NCBI GenBank assembly: GCA_045601085.1
Contig: JAZRZD010000016.1
Span: 10,162 to 74,161 of the forward strand
From: Bacilli bacterium
GTDB taxonomy: Bacteria > Bacillota_I > Bacilli_A > RFN20 > CAG-826
Length of the DNA stretch: 64,000 nt
Reading direction: 5' to 3'
Positions within the stretch are counted from its first letter, which is position 1. The number at the start of each line of letters is the position of its first letter. Both the position numbers and the translations under genes were made by a program. Positions 10,125 through 18,462 of the stretch are shown here, piece after piece. The notes under the pieces are model-generated. The model searched no databases and was not told the origin of the DNA. It saw only the letters and a program-made list of their open reading frames with translations.

Positions 10125-10541
10125 TTATCTTCTCTTCTTCATTTGTTCAAGTTTAATTAACTTTGCTAGAATCTTTAAATCTTTATCCGTTAATTTCGTG
10201 TTTCCGTTAACAAATCCACCGATTGTAAATTTCTTTATGAAGAAATCATTAACAGATTCATATTCTAACACTTCAGTCTGCTTAATCACTTGCTTTGGTT
10301 TAACATCTTTGACTGCTTTTGCTTTAGGTTTAATGTATTCCTTCATTTGCTCGGTAATGCTTCTTACATCGAATGTATCATCAAGCTTAGCCATTGGATC
10401 AAAATATGAAAGATTGTCTGCAATAATTTCAGGATAAACACCCACTACTTTAGACAATCTTTCAGTGGTAACATATTTAACCTTAATTTTATTAAGAGCG
10501 GTTAAGTACTTCTTAATTGAATTTGCACTTGGTTTGTTCAT
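10125..10541 (-). CDS. hypothetical small protein; N-terminus resembles the Rex N-terminal winged-helix DNA-binding domain
   Basis: 138 aa. The segment KYLTALNKIKVKYVTTERLSKVVGVYPEIIADNLSYFD parallels Rex LYYRFL...[25 protein letters not shown]. There is no Rossmann domain. The gene is co-oriented with nifJ, 51 nt upstream of it. Confidence 0.4.
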   Translation of the reverse strand: MNKPSANSIKKYLTALNKIKVKYVTTERLSKVVGVYPEIIADNLSYFDPMAKLDDTFDVRSITEQMKEYIKPKAKAVKDVKPKQVIKQTEVLEYESVNDFFIKKFTIGGFVNGNTKLTDKDLKILAKLIKLEQMKKRR

Positions 10542-10622
10542 AACACTATTATAACCTTATTTTCTAATAATACGAAACTAGTCATCACTATTAATTTTCT
10601 TTAATTTGCCTATTGTTACATC

Positions 10623-10826
10623 ATGAACCTTCTTTTTAAAATCTTTTGGGCTCTTATAATCTTCAATATTTCTTTAAAAAGATATTACAATGAAAAGGGA
10701 ATAATGCACCAAGATATTCATTATACCGATCTCAGCAACCCTAAAAACCATAATGTTCCCCATATTCATAGGTGGATATACATTAATGGGATATTACAGC
10801 CACAACATTGGGAGGATTTTATATGA
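10623..10826 (+). CDS. small ORF (67 aa from ATG 10623, or 40 aa from ATG 10704); hypothetical
   Basis: Open frame whose TGA overlaps the ATG of the next ORF (ATATGA), so the pair looks translationally coupled. Hydrophobic N-terminus if the long form is used. Weak RBS. Confidence 0.3.
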   Translation: MNLLFKIFWALIIFNISLKRYYNEKGIMHQDIHYTDLSNPKNHNVPHIHRWIYINGILQPQHWEDFI

Positions 10827-11068
10827 GAGCAGAATGTATTGAAGCACTTATTAATGAAAGACGCGAAATTGAATTTATCTACCATAATCAGCGCTATTCG
10901 ATTACTTATTACAACGATGACAGAGAAAAATGTATAAGCGTTTGCGAATATGGCCGAAATCCCATTGATGTAAAAAATGCTTGGGAAGTACTAGAACTCC
11001 GAATTGGAAATAAAAAGCTTATAGAGATTTTCTCTTTGCTACCTGATTCAGCATTTGATATTTCTTAA
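10823..11068 (+). CDS. hypothetical small protein (81 aa)
   Basis: ATG at 10823 with GGAGG 7 nt upstream. Followed directly by a strong intrinsic terminator. The ORF-track start at 10808 is a TTG. Confidence 0.45.
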   Translation: MRAECIEALINERREIEFIYHNQRYSITYYNDDREKCISVCEYGRNPIDVKNAWEVLELRIGNKKLIEIFSLLPDSAFDIS

Positions 11069-11074
11069 TAAGTG

Positions 11075-11099
11075 AGGCGGACTTTGTTCCGCCTTTTTG
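11075..11099 (+). terminator. rho-independent terminator
   Basis: AGGCGGA(CTTTGT)TCCGCCT hairpin followed by TTTTT. Confidence 0.7.
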
Positions 11100-11211
11100 T
11101 CTTATAAAAAGGGCAAACTTAATTGCCCGAATTTATTATTATTGGTGAACCGAACGCTTCGTAAAGCGAACCGTCTCATAGACACAGTTTATTTTTTTAT
11201 ATTTTGGCAAA

Positions 11212-12243
11212 TTAATAGTTATTTATAATAAATTCTTTAAAACGTGGAAGAGATAATGACAAGTAACCATTTCTTGTACTATTAATAACGCCTTTTTGAA
11301 TTAATCGATCTCTATAAACAGAATAATTTTTGTTATTAAAACCAGTCTTTTTTAAAATAACACTAGTTTTAGTTTCTTTTTCATCGAACAATGAAACAAC
11401 TAATTTTCTTTCATTTTCACTTATGGAAGACCAAATTTTGTCATATGCATTTATTTTTAACAACTCATCGTATTTTTCAATAAGAGTTTCATCCAAAGTA
11501 TTCATTTCAAAAAATAAATGCCCAATTAGCTGATATCCAAATCCATAACCGTTTGTTAATTCCGCAAGTTTATTAGCGAGTTCATCATTAACACCAAAAA
11601 TATCTCTATACGAATTTCTAATAGAAAACAAATCTAATGATTTAACTAAAATTTTCGGCGCACGATATAAAAAAGTAAGTGATTTATCATTTTGTAACGA
11701 ATAAACATTTTCATATAAGCCAGTCATGAGTAGAAATACATCATAATTTTTTCTGATATAACTTTGAAAATCATGGGCAAATGCTTTAACGTTTTCATTA
11801 GAAACAACCTCATCCAATGATAATAAAACTTTTATATTTTTCTTTTTTAAGTAAGAAAGCATTTTTTCAAGAACTGAACCAACACTAGAGACCGGGTTAG
11901 ATCCAGAGAGATGCAAAGTAATACCATGAAAAGAAAAATCAAATTCTTTCTTAATGAATAATTTTTTAAGTTTTCCTTTTTCAAATATTTGCGAAGCTAT
12001 ATCCTCTTGAATATTTCTGTGAGGATTAATATCAACAACAATCCAATTGTCTTGTTTCTCAAAATAATTATATTGTTCTGTTAATAAAACGGTTTTACCA
12101 ACACCTCTAGCTCCGATTAATATAAAGGCCTGACTAGAAGGATTGCGCGATGTGAATTCACGAATTAGTTGAGAATTAATATCTTCTCTACGAATGGTTA
12201 ATAAAGGTTCTTTTCCAAAAGTTAGAGTAAAAGGATTTTCCAT
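11212..12243 (-). CDS. solo AAA+ ATPase (archaeal-type ATPase / ATP-binding protein family) with C-terminal winged-helix
   Basis: 343 aa. Walker A GARGVGKT, Walker B-like VLLSLDEV and a C-terminal wHTH-like tail. RBS AGGAGG before the ATG at 12243. Confidence 0.7.
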   Translation of the reverse strand: MENPFTLTFGKEPLLTIRREDINSQLIREFTSRNPSSQAFILIGARGVGKTVLLTEQYNYFEKQDNWIVVDINPHRNIQEDIASQIFEKGKLKKLFIKKEFDFSFHGITLHLSGSNPVSSVGSVLEKMLSYLKKKNIKVLLSLDEVVSNENVKAFAHDFQSYIRKNYDVFLLMTGLYENVYSLQNDKSLTFLYRAPKILVKSLDLFSIRNSYRDIFGVNDELANKLAELTNGYGFGYQLIGHLFFEMNTLDETLIEKYDELLKINAYDKIWSSISENERKLVVSLFDEKETKTSVILKKTGFNNKNYSVYRDRLIQKGVINSTRNGYLSLSLPRFKEFIINNY

Positions 12244-12256
12244 ATTTCTGCCTCCT

Positions 12257-12325
12257 GTTAGTATTTGTTAGTATTTTAAGTTAAATAATTCATTTTGTCA
12301 AACGTTAGTATTTGTTAGTATTTTA
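12257..12325. repeat. two copies of a 22-nt direct repeat GTTAGTATTTGTTAGTATTTTA, each an internal tandem of the decamer GTTAGTATTT, separated by 25 nt
   Basis: Read directly: 12257-12278 and 12304-12325 are identical. Located immediately upstream of the ATPase start. Confidence 0.85.
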
Positions 12326-12466
12326 TTGTATGTAAATAAAAAATCGCCAATTATGACGACTTTTTATTCTTATTACGTTCCCTCCACCTTTTAATATAAG
12401 GCTTTAAGTCAATTATTATTCCATAAAGAAACATATCAACATAGGGGGTTCGTTTGTAATAACTTT

Positions 12467-12542
12467 TGGTGATCCCTAAAGGATTCGAACCTTTGACCCA
12501 ATGATTAAGAGTCATTTGCTCTACCAGCTGAGCTAAGGGACC
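12467..12542 (-). tRNA. tRNA-Lys (anticodon CUU)
   Basis: 76-nt cloverleaf: acceptor GGTCCCT/AGGGATC, D-arm GCTC...GAGC, anticodon stem AATGA/TCATT with loop CTCTTAA, T-arm AAAGG-TTCGAAT-CCTTT. Encoded CCA. Confidence 0.85.
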
Positions 12543-12585
12543 ATTGCTAAAATATTTTAAATAATTAAACCTTTATTTTCAATAA

Positions 12586-13317
12586 CTATTTACAATTTCC
12601 TTCTTCTAAAATGAACTCCTTAATGAAGTCATTATCTTTTAGTTTTTTAAGTTCACAACATGTTCCTGAGAAGATAAGTTTTCCTTCATTGATAATCACA
12701 ATATTGTCAGCGATTTCGAATGCTTCTTTTTGGTTATGAGTCACTAAAACGATGGTAATATTGAGTTCTTTTTGGATCTTTTGGATAAATTCACCCGCTT
12801 CTTTTCTATTTTTCATATCAAGAGCGGAGAATGGTTCATCAAGTAATAAAAGTTCAGGAGATTTGATTAACGCGCGAGCGATAGCAACTCTTTGCATTTC
12901 TCCGCCACTCAGTTCATCACTTTTTCTATCTAATAAGTTAGAAATATTTAATAAGCTACTGATTTCTAATAATTTCTTTTCTTTATCTTCTTTTGAAACA
13001 TTTTTAGATAAAGGAAAAAGAATATTATCTTTAACAGTTAAATAAGGATATAACGCGTATGATTGGAAGACAAAACCAATATTTCTTAAGTTAGGTTTTT
13101 TCTTATTTACATTAATATCATCAAAATATACATTTCCACCGCTATAAGAGGTTAATCCTGCAATCACATTAAGCAAAGTGCTTTTTCCGCTTCCAGAAGG
13201 GCCTATAATTGCAGTAATTGCGTTATTAGGAATCTCTAAAGAGAAATTATCAAGTGCTTTAATGACAGTTTTCTTCTTTGTGTATAATTTATCAATGTTT
13301 TCTAACTTGATTTTCAT
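12586..13317 (-). CDS. ABC transporter ATP-binding protein (no adjacent permease or binding protein)
   Basis: 243 aa. Walker A GPSGSGKST, signature LSGGEMQR, Walker B LLLLDEP and H-loop. Confidence 0.85.
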   Translation of the reverse strand: MKIKLENIDKLYTKKKTVIKALDNFSLEIPNNAITAIIGPSGSGKSTLLNVIAGLTSYSGGNVYFDDINVNKKKPNLRNIGFVFQSYALYPYLTVKDNILFPLSKNVSKEDKEKKLLEISSLLNISNLLDRKSDELSGGEMQRVAIARALIKSPELLLLDEPFSALDMKNRKEAGEFIQKIQKELNITIVLVTHNQKEAFEIADNIVIINEGKLIFSGTCCELKKLKDNDFIKEFILEEGNCK

Positions 13318-13342
13318 AAATATATTCTAACATTTCTATTAT

Positions 13343-13372
13343 AAAAGAAAACCCGCCCAAGAGGACGGGTTA
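13343..13372 (-). terminator. intrinsic terminator downstream of tuf
   Basis: AACCCG...CGGGTT hairpin followed by TTTTCTTTT on the minus strand. Confidence 0.55.
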
Positions 13373-13395
13373 ACTTTGTTGTTATGTTAATGTAA

Positions 13396-14580
13396 TTATT
13401 TAATAATTTCGTTAACAGTACCAGCACCAACGGTTCTACCACCTTCACGGATGGAGAATTTGGTACCTTTTTCAATAGCGATTGGGTGAATTAATTCAAC
13501 GGTTAATTCAACGTTATCACCTGGCATAACCATATCAACGCCAGCTGGGAGTGTAATAACACCGGTAACATCGGTTGTACGGAAATAGAATTGTGGTCTG
13601 TAGTTTGATAAGAATGCGGTATGACGTCCACCTTCATCTTTGGTTAAGACATAAACTTGACCTTTGAATTTGGTGTGTGGGGTAACGCTTCCTGGTTTAG
13701 CTAAGACTTGGCCTCTTTCGACTTGGTCACGGTTGACACCTCTTAATAAGACACCAACGTTATCACCAGCAACAGCTTCATCGATTAATTTACGGAAGCT
13801 TTCAAGACCTGTAATAACTGAGGTTTGAGTTTCTTTAATACCAATGATTTCAACGTTATCATTGAGTTTAGCGACACCTCTTTCAACTCTACCTGTAACG
13901 ACGGTACCACGACCAGAGATGGTCATAACATCTTCGATAGCAAGTAAGAATGGTTTATCGGTATCACGGGCTGGATCTGGGATATAGCTATCAACTGCAT
14001 CCATTAAAGCTAAGATTTGTTTTTCAGCTTCTGGATCGCCATCGATTGCTTTACGAGCAGAACCACGAATTACTGGGATATCATCTCCTGGGAATCCATA
14101 AGAACTTAATAAGTCACGAACTTCCATTTCGACCATGTCTAATAATTCTGGATCATCGACTAAGTCAACTTTGTTAATAAATACAACGATGTGTGGGACA
14201 CCAACTTGACGAGCAAGTAAGATGTGTTCACGAGTTTGTGGCATTGGTCCATCAGTACCAGCAACAACTAAGATTGCGCCATCCATTTGAGCTGCACCAG
14301 TAATCATGTTTTTAACGTAGTCAGCGTGCCCTGGACAGTCAACGTGAGCATAGTGTCTCTTTGCTGTTTGGTATTCAATGTGTGCTGTGTTAATTGTAAT
14401 ACCACGAGCTTTTTCTTCTGGTGCACTATCGATTTGGTTGTAATCTTGTTTAACTGCACCACCATTTTTTGCTAAGACAGAAGTAATAGCAGCGGTTAAT
14501 GTTGTTTTACCGTGGTCAACGTGGCCAATGGTACCAATATTAACGTGTGTTTTGGATCTGTCAAATTTCTCTTTTGCCAT
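13396..14580 (-). CDS. tuf: elongation factor Tu
   Basis: 394 aa. [18 protein letters not shown]. Near-canonical EF-Tu. Confidence 0.97.
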   Translation of the reverse strand: MAKEKFDRSKTHVNIGTIGHVDHGKTTLTAAITSVLAKNGGAVKQDYNQIDSAPEEKARGITINTAHIEYQTAKRHYAHVDCPGHADYVKNMITGAAQMDGAILVVAGTDGPMPQTREHILLARQVGVPHIVVFINKVDLVDDPELLDMVEMEVRDLLSSYGFPGDDIPVIRGSARKAIDGDPEAEKQILALMDAVDSYIPDPARDTDKPFLLAIEDVMTISGRGTVVTGRVERGVAKLNDNVEIIGIKETQTSVITGLESFRKLIDEAVAGDNVGVLLRGVNRDQVERGQVLAKPGSVTPHTKFKGQVYVLTKDEGGRHTAFLSNYRPQFYFRTTDVTGVITLPAGVDMVMPGDNVELTVELIHPIAIEKGTKFSIREGGRTVGAGTVNEIIK

Positions 14581-14670
14581 TTTGTAATCTCCTTTTTAGA
14601 ATTAACTAATTCATAATATAGCATATTTTTTATATAATCAACACTAATTTATAGTGTAATTATATGATTT

Positions 14671-16749
14671 TTAGCGGTTTGACATTCCGCTATTTTTGAT
14701 AATTTCGTCTTGAACGTATCTTGGGCATTCACCATAGTGATCGAATGTCATTGTGTAGTTACCTCTACCTTGTGTCATACTACGTAAGTCGGTAACGTAA
14801 CCAAACATTTCACTGAGTGGTACTTCTGCTTCAATAATCTTAGCGTTTGCTCTTTGAGATTCACCTGTTGTTTGACCTCTACGTCTAGCAATATCACCTA
14901 AGACATCACCATAATATTGTTCAGGAACAGTAACTTCAATTTTCATGATTGGTTCAAGAATAACTGGGTTACATTTCTTAGCAGCTTCTTTTAATGCCAT
15001 ACTAGCGGCAATTTTATAAGCAGCTTCAGAAGAGTCAACATCGTGGTAAGAACCATCGAATAATGTTGCTTTAACGTCCATAACTTGGAAGCCAGCAATC
15101 ATACCACGGGCTAAAGCGTCCACTAAGCCATCTTGAGTTGGTTTAATGTATTCTCTTGGAACACTACCACCAACAACGGCATCAACGAATTCAAAGCCTT
15201 TGCCTTCATTTGGTTCAAATTTAATCCAAACGTGACCATATTGACCTCTACCACCGGATTGACGGATGTATTTTCCTTCACATTCAGCTGTAGATTTAAT
15301 AGTTTCACGGTATTCAACTTGAGGAGCACCGACGTTAACTTGAACGCCAAATTCTCTTCTCATACGGTCAACGATAATATCAAGGTGAAGTTCACCAACA
15401 CCAGCGATGATGGTTTGACCTGTTTCAGCGTTTGTTCTAACTCTGAATGTTGGGTCTTCTTCTGCTAATTTTTGTAAAGCATTAGCCATCTTTTCTTGAT
15501 CAGCTTTTGTTTTTGGTTCAACAGCTTCTTCAATAACTGGATCTGGGAATTCCATCTTTTCAAGAATGATTTCATGTTTATCATCACAAAGTGTATCACC
15601 TGTAGTTGTGTTTTTAAGGCCAACAACTGCACCGATATCACCGGCGTGGAGTTCATCAACTTCTTGTCTATGGTTGGAGTGCATTAAGACAACACGGGCA
15701 ATTCTTTCTTTTTCGCCTTTAGTGCTGTTTAAAACATAAGAACCACTCTTTAAGACACCACTATAAACACGGACATAGGCAAGTCTACCAATGAATGGGT
15801 CAGTAGCAATTTTGAATGCTAATGCACCTAATGGAGCGTCATCACTTGCTTCACAAGAAATGTCATCACCATTAGCATCTGTACCTTTTGCGGCAGGAAT
15901 ATCAAGTGGGGATGGAAGATAATCAATAACACCATCAAGAAGTGGTTGAATATTCTTGTTCTTATAAGCAGAACCACAGAATACTGGATGGAAATCACCG
16001 GTTAATACAGCCGCTCTGATAGCGTCTTTTGTGGTTTTAACGTCTGGTTCTTGGCCTTCAAGGACCATCATTAAGATATCTTCATTGAAATTTGATAAGG
16101 CTTCGAATAATTTGCCTCTTAATTCTTGAACTTTATCCTTATATTCATCAGGAATTGGTTCTTCGTGGGCTTCTTCATGAACATCTGAAGAATAAACGAA
16201 TGCTTTTTGTTCGATTAAATCGATATAACCTTTTAATGTTGATTCGATACCAATTGGGTATTGAACAGCAGCAGCGTTAGCGCCTAATCTTTCGTGTAAT
16301 GAGTTAACGCTCATTTCAAAGTCGGCACCGATAGCGTCAAGTTTGTTAACGAATACAATTCTAGGAACACCGTACTTTGTACCTTGTCTCCAAACTGTTT
16401 CTGTTTGTGGTTCTACACCATTTTTACCATCAAGGACAGTAATAGCGCCGTCAAGAACACGGAGTGATCTTTCAACTTCAACTGTGAAGTCGACGTGCCC
16501 TGGAGTATCGATAATATTGATACGGTGGCCTTTCCACATAGCTGTGGTAGCAGCAGAAGTAATTGTAATACCTCTTTCTTGTTCTTGGGCCATCCAGTCC
16601 ATGGTGGCTGCACCTTCGTGAGTTTCACCAATCTTATGAATCTTACCTGTGAAGTAAAGAATTCTTTCTGTAGTTGTGGTTTTACCAGCATCAATGTGAG
16701 CCATGATACCGATATTACGTGTATGGGCTAAATCAAATTCTCTTTCCAT
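14671..16749 (-). CDS. fusA: elongation factor G
   Basis: 692 aa. [17 protein letters not shown] and the EF-G domain IV/V sequence. Confidence 0.97.
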   Translation of the reverse strand: MEREFDLAHTRNIGIMAHIDAGKTTTTERILYFTGKIHKIGETHEGAATMDWMAQEQERGITITSAATTAMWKGHRINIIDTPGHVDFTVEVERSLRVLDGAITVLDGKNGVEPQTETVWRQGTKYGVPRIVFVNKLDAIGADFEMSVNSLHERLGANAAAVQYPIGIESTLKGYIDLIEQKAFVYSSDVHEEAHEEPIPDEYKDKVQELRGKLFEALSNFNEDILMMVLEGQEPDVKTTKDAIRAAVLTGDFHPVFCGSAYKNKNIQPLLDGVIDYLPSPLDIPAAKGTDANGDDISCEASDDAPLGALAFKIATDPFIGRLAYVRVYSGVLKSGSYVLNSTKGEKERIARVVLMHSNHRQEVDELHAGDIGAVVGLKNTTTGDTLCDDKHEIILEKMEFPDPVIEEAVEPKTKADQEKMANALQKLAEEDPTFRVRTNAETGQTIIAGVGELHLDIIVDRMRREFGVQVNVGAPQVEYRETIKSTAECEGKYIRQSGGRGQYGHVWIKFEPNEGKGFEFVDAVVGGSVPREYIKPTQDGLVDALARGMIAGFQVMDVKATLFDGSYHDVDSSEAAYKIAASMALKEAAKKCNPVILEPIMKIEVTVPEQYYGDVLGDIARRRGQTTGESQRANAKIIEAEVPLSEMFGYVTDLRSMTQGRGNYTMTFDHYGECPRYVQDEIIKNSGMSNR

Positions 16750-16762
16750 ATTCGTTCACCAA

Positions 16763-17233
16763 CTACCAACGATAATGGGAGTAAGCTTTATTAGCTTCTG
16801 CCATCTTGTGAGTATCTTCTTTCTTCTTAACGGAAGCACCGGTACCGTTAGCGGCATCGATAATTTCGTTTGCGAGCTTTTCTTCCATGCTCTTTTCATT
16901 TCTAAGTCTAGAATAGTTAACTAACCATCTTAAACCTAATGTAACTTTTCTTTCTGAAGAGACTTCAACTGGGACTTGGAAGTTACTTCCACCAATACGT
17001 CTCATCTTAAGTTCGACATCTGGCATGATGTTATTGATTGCGGTGGCAAATACATCCATGGCAGGTTTTTCTGTTTTCTTTTCGACTAATGCAAATGCGG
17101 AATAGAGAATCTTTTGTGCTGTTCCACGTTTACCATCAATCATGATTTTGTTGATTAATCTTGTAACGAGTTTTGTCTTATATATTGGATCTGGTAAGAC
17201 ATCACGTTTTGCAACTTTACCTTTTCTTGGCAT
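16763..17233 (-). CDS. rpsG: 30S ribosomal protein S7
   Basis: 156 aa. S7 signature. str-operon synteny. Confidence 0.95.
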   Translation of the reverse strand: MPRKGKVAKRDVLPDPIYKTKLVTRLINKIMIDGKRGTAQKILYSAFALVEKKTEKPAMDVFATAINNIMPDVELKMRRIGGSNFQVPVEVSSERKVTLGLRWLVNYSRLRNEKSMEEKLANEIIDAANGTGASVKKKEDTHKMAEANKAYSHYRW

Positions 17234-17253
17234 AATGATTTCTCCTTTCCTAA

Positions 17254-17673
17254 TTATTTAGCAGCTTTTGGTTTCTTAGAACCATATAAGCTTCTTCCTT
17301 GTCTACGCTTTTCGATACCAGCGCAATCAAGGGTTCCTCTAATGATATGGTAACGAACACCTGGTAAATCCTTTACACGGCCACCACGGATCATTACTGT
17401 AGAGTGTTCTTGTAAGTTATGGCCTTCACCACCGATGTAGGCTGTAACTTCGTAACCATTACTCAAACGTACACGAGCGTACTTTCTTAAAGCTGAGTTA
17501 GGTTTCTTAGGAGTCATGGTACCAACACGGGTACAGACGCCTCTTTTTTGAGATGCTGGTTGAGATGTTTCCTTTTTCTTTAAGGAGTTCCATCTTTTAC
17601 CAAGAGCAGGAGCTTTTGATTTAACAACAGCTGTTCTTCTACCATCTCTAACTAATTGATTAATTGTAGGCAT
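17254..17673 (-). CDS. rpsL: 30S ribosomal protein S12
   Basis: 139 aa. PNSALRK and KVRLTNG-like segments. str operon. Confidence 0.95.
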   Translation of the reverse strand: MPTINQLVRDGRRTAVVKSKAPALGKRWNSLKKKETSQPASQKRGVCTRVGTMTPKKPNSALRKYARVRLSNGYEVTAYIGGEGHNLQEHSTVMIRGGRVKDLPGVRYHIIRGTLDCAGIEKRRQGRSLYGSKKPKAAK

Positions 17674-17835
17674 AGTTTATTCCTTCCTTTTAAATTTTTG
17701 GTATTTATCCACGTGACCGGTCGTATCGTATTTCCCTTTAAAAAATGGGTCATAAAGACCGACATGTAAATAAATCACACGCTTATATATAATATAGACA
17801 CAGAAAAAATAATGCAAATATTTTGTTTCAATTAA

Positions 17836-17860
17836 ATAAAAAAAGCGATTTTTTATGTCG
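17836..17860 (-). terminator. intrinsic terminator between the 173-aa hypothetical gene and the rpsL promoter region
   Basis: GCGA(CATAAAAAA)TCGC hairpin followed by T7 on the minus strand. Confidence 0.45.
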
Positions 17861-17889
17861 CTTCTTTAGATTAATTAAGAATATATTTA

Positions 17890-18411
17890 TTAGTTTCTTG
17901 GTTTAAGTTGGAAGTTTTTAACAATCTTTTTAGCTTCTTCTTCATGATTGTCGGTTTTAAATTTTCTAGCGTACACAGTGCGTGGGTGTTCAATATCTTT
18001 TTCATCCACTATTACGTAGCCTTTTTCAACTGGAATACGGATAAATTCACCACGAATAATAACTTCTTTTCCTGCTTCTAAGATAGTTAATTTATCGTTA
18101 TCTACAACAAAGTAGATATGTTTATTATCTCTATCTACTTTTTCGACGAATTCATTATTAACTTCATAGACTTTCTTAAATGTAGTGTCATTAATCTTTT
18201 TAACTTTGATATCTTCTTTTAAGTTAGAAATAGAAAGATCATCCACTGGGTAATATCTAGTAGAGCCATCTTTATTTGTTAATGGATTACCATCTTTATC
18301 TTTTGCGACTTCTAAATATACTTTGTAAATAGAAAAACTACTAGCAACATCATAGTTACCTAAATTATCTTTTACGTATTTTTCTTCATTCGCTAAACGG
18401 TTTTTAAACAT
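17890..18411 (-). CDS. hypothetical protein located between rpoC and rpsL
   Basis: 173-aa ORF with its own terminator. No recognisable motif. It occupies the slot usually held by an L7Ae-like (YbxF) gene in Bacillota. Confidence 0.5.
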   Translation of the reverse strand: MFKNRLANEEKYVKDNLGNYDVASSFSIYKVYLEVAKDKDGNPLTNKDGSTRYYPVDDLSISNLKEDIKVKKINDTTFKKVYEVNNEFVEKVDRDNKHIYFVVDNDKLTILEAGKEVIIRGEFIRIPVEKGYVIVDEKDIEHPRTVYARKFKTDNHEEEAKKIVKNFQLKPRN

Positions 18412-18462
18412 AATATTCTCCTAAAGTAAAAAGGCACCTAAAACTAGATGCCTTTTAGTTAA

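Noticed and set aside
11101-11211. Secondary hairpins (GGGCAAACTTAATTGCCC and CGCTT-CGTA-AAGCG) between the small-ORF terminator and the ATPase stop. Considered as a second terminator or small RNA.
   Set aside because: Neither has a following T-run on either strand. They may add to termination of the ATPase transcript, but the evidence is too weak to call a feature.
10100-12466. Direct repeat of the tRNA-Lys 3' end (att site) that would delimit an integrated element.
   Set aside because: No copy of GGTTCGAATCC or TGGTGATCCC is visible elsewhere in the islet, and no integrase is present. If this is an island, its boundary is eroded or lies outside the region I can match by eye.
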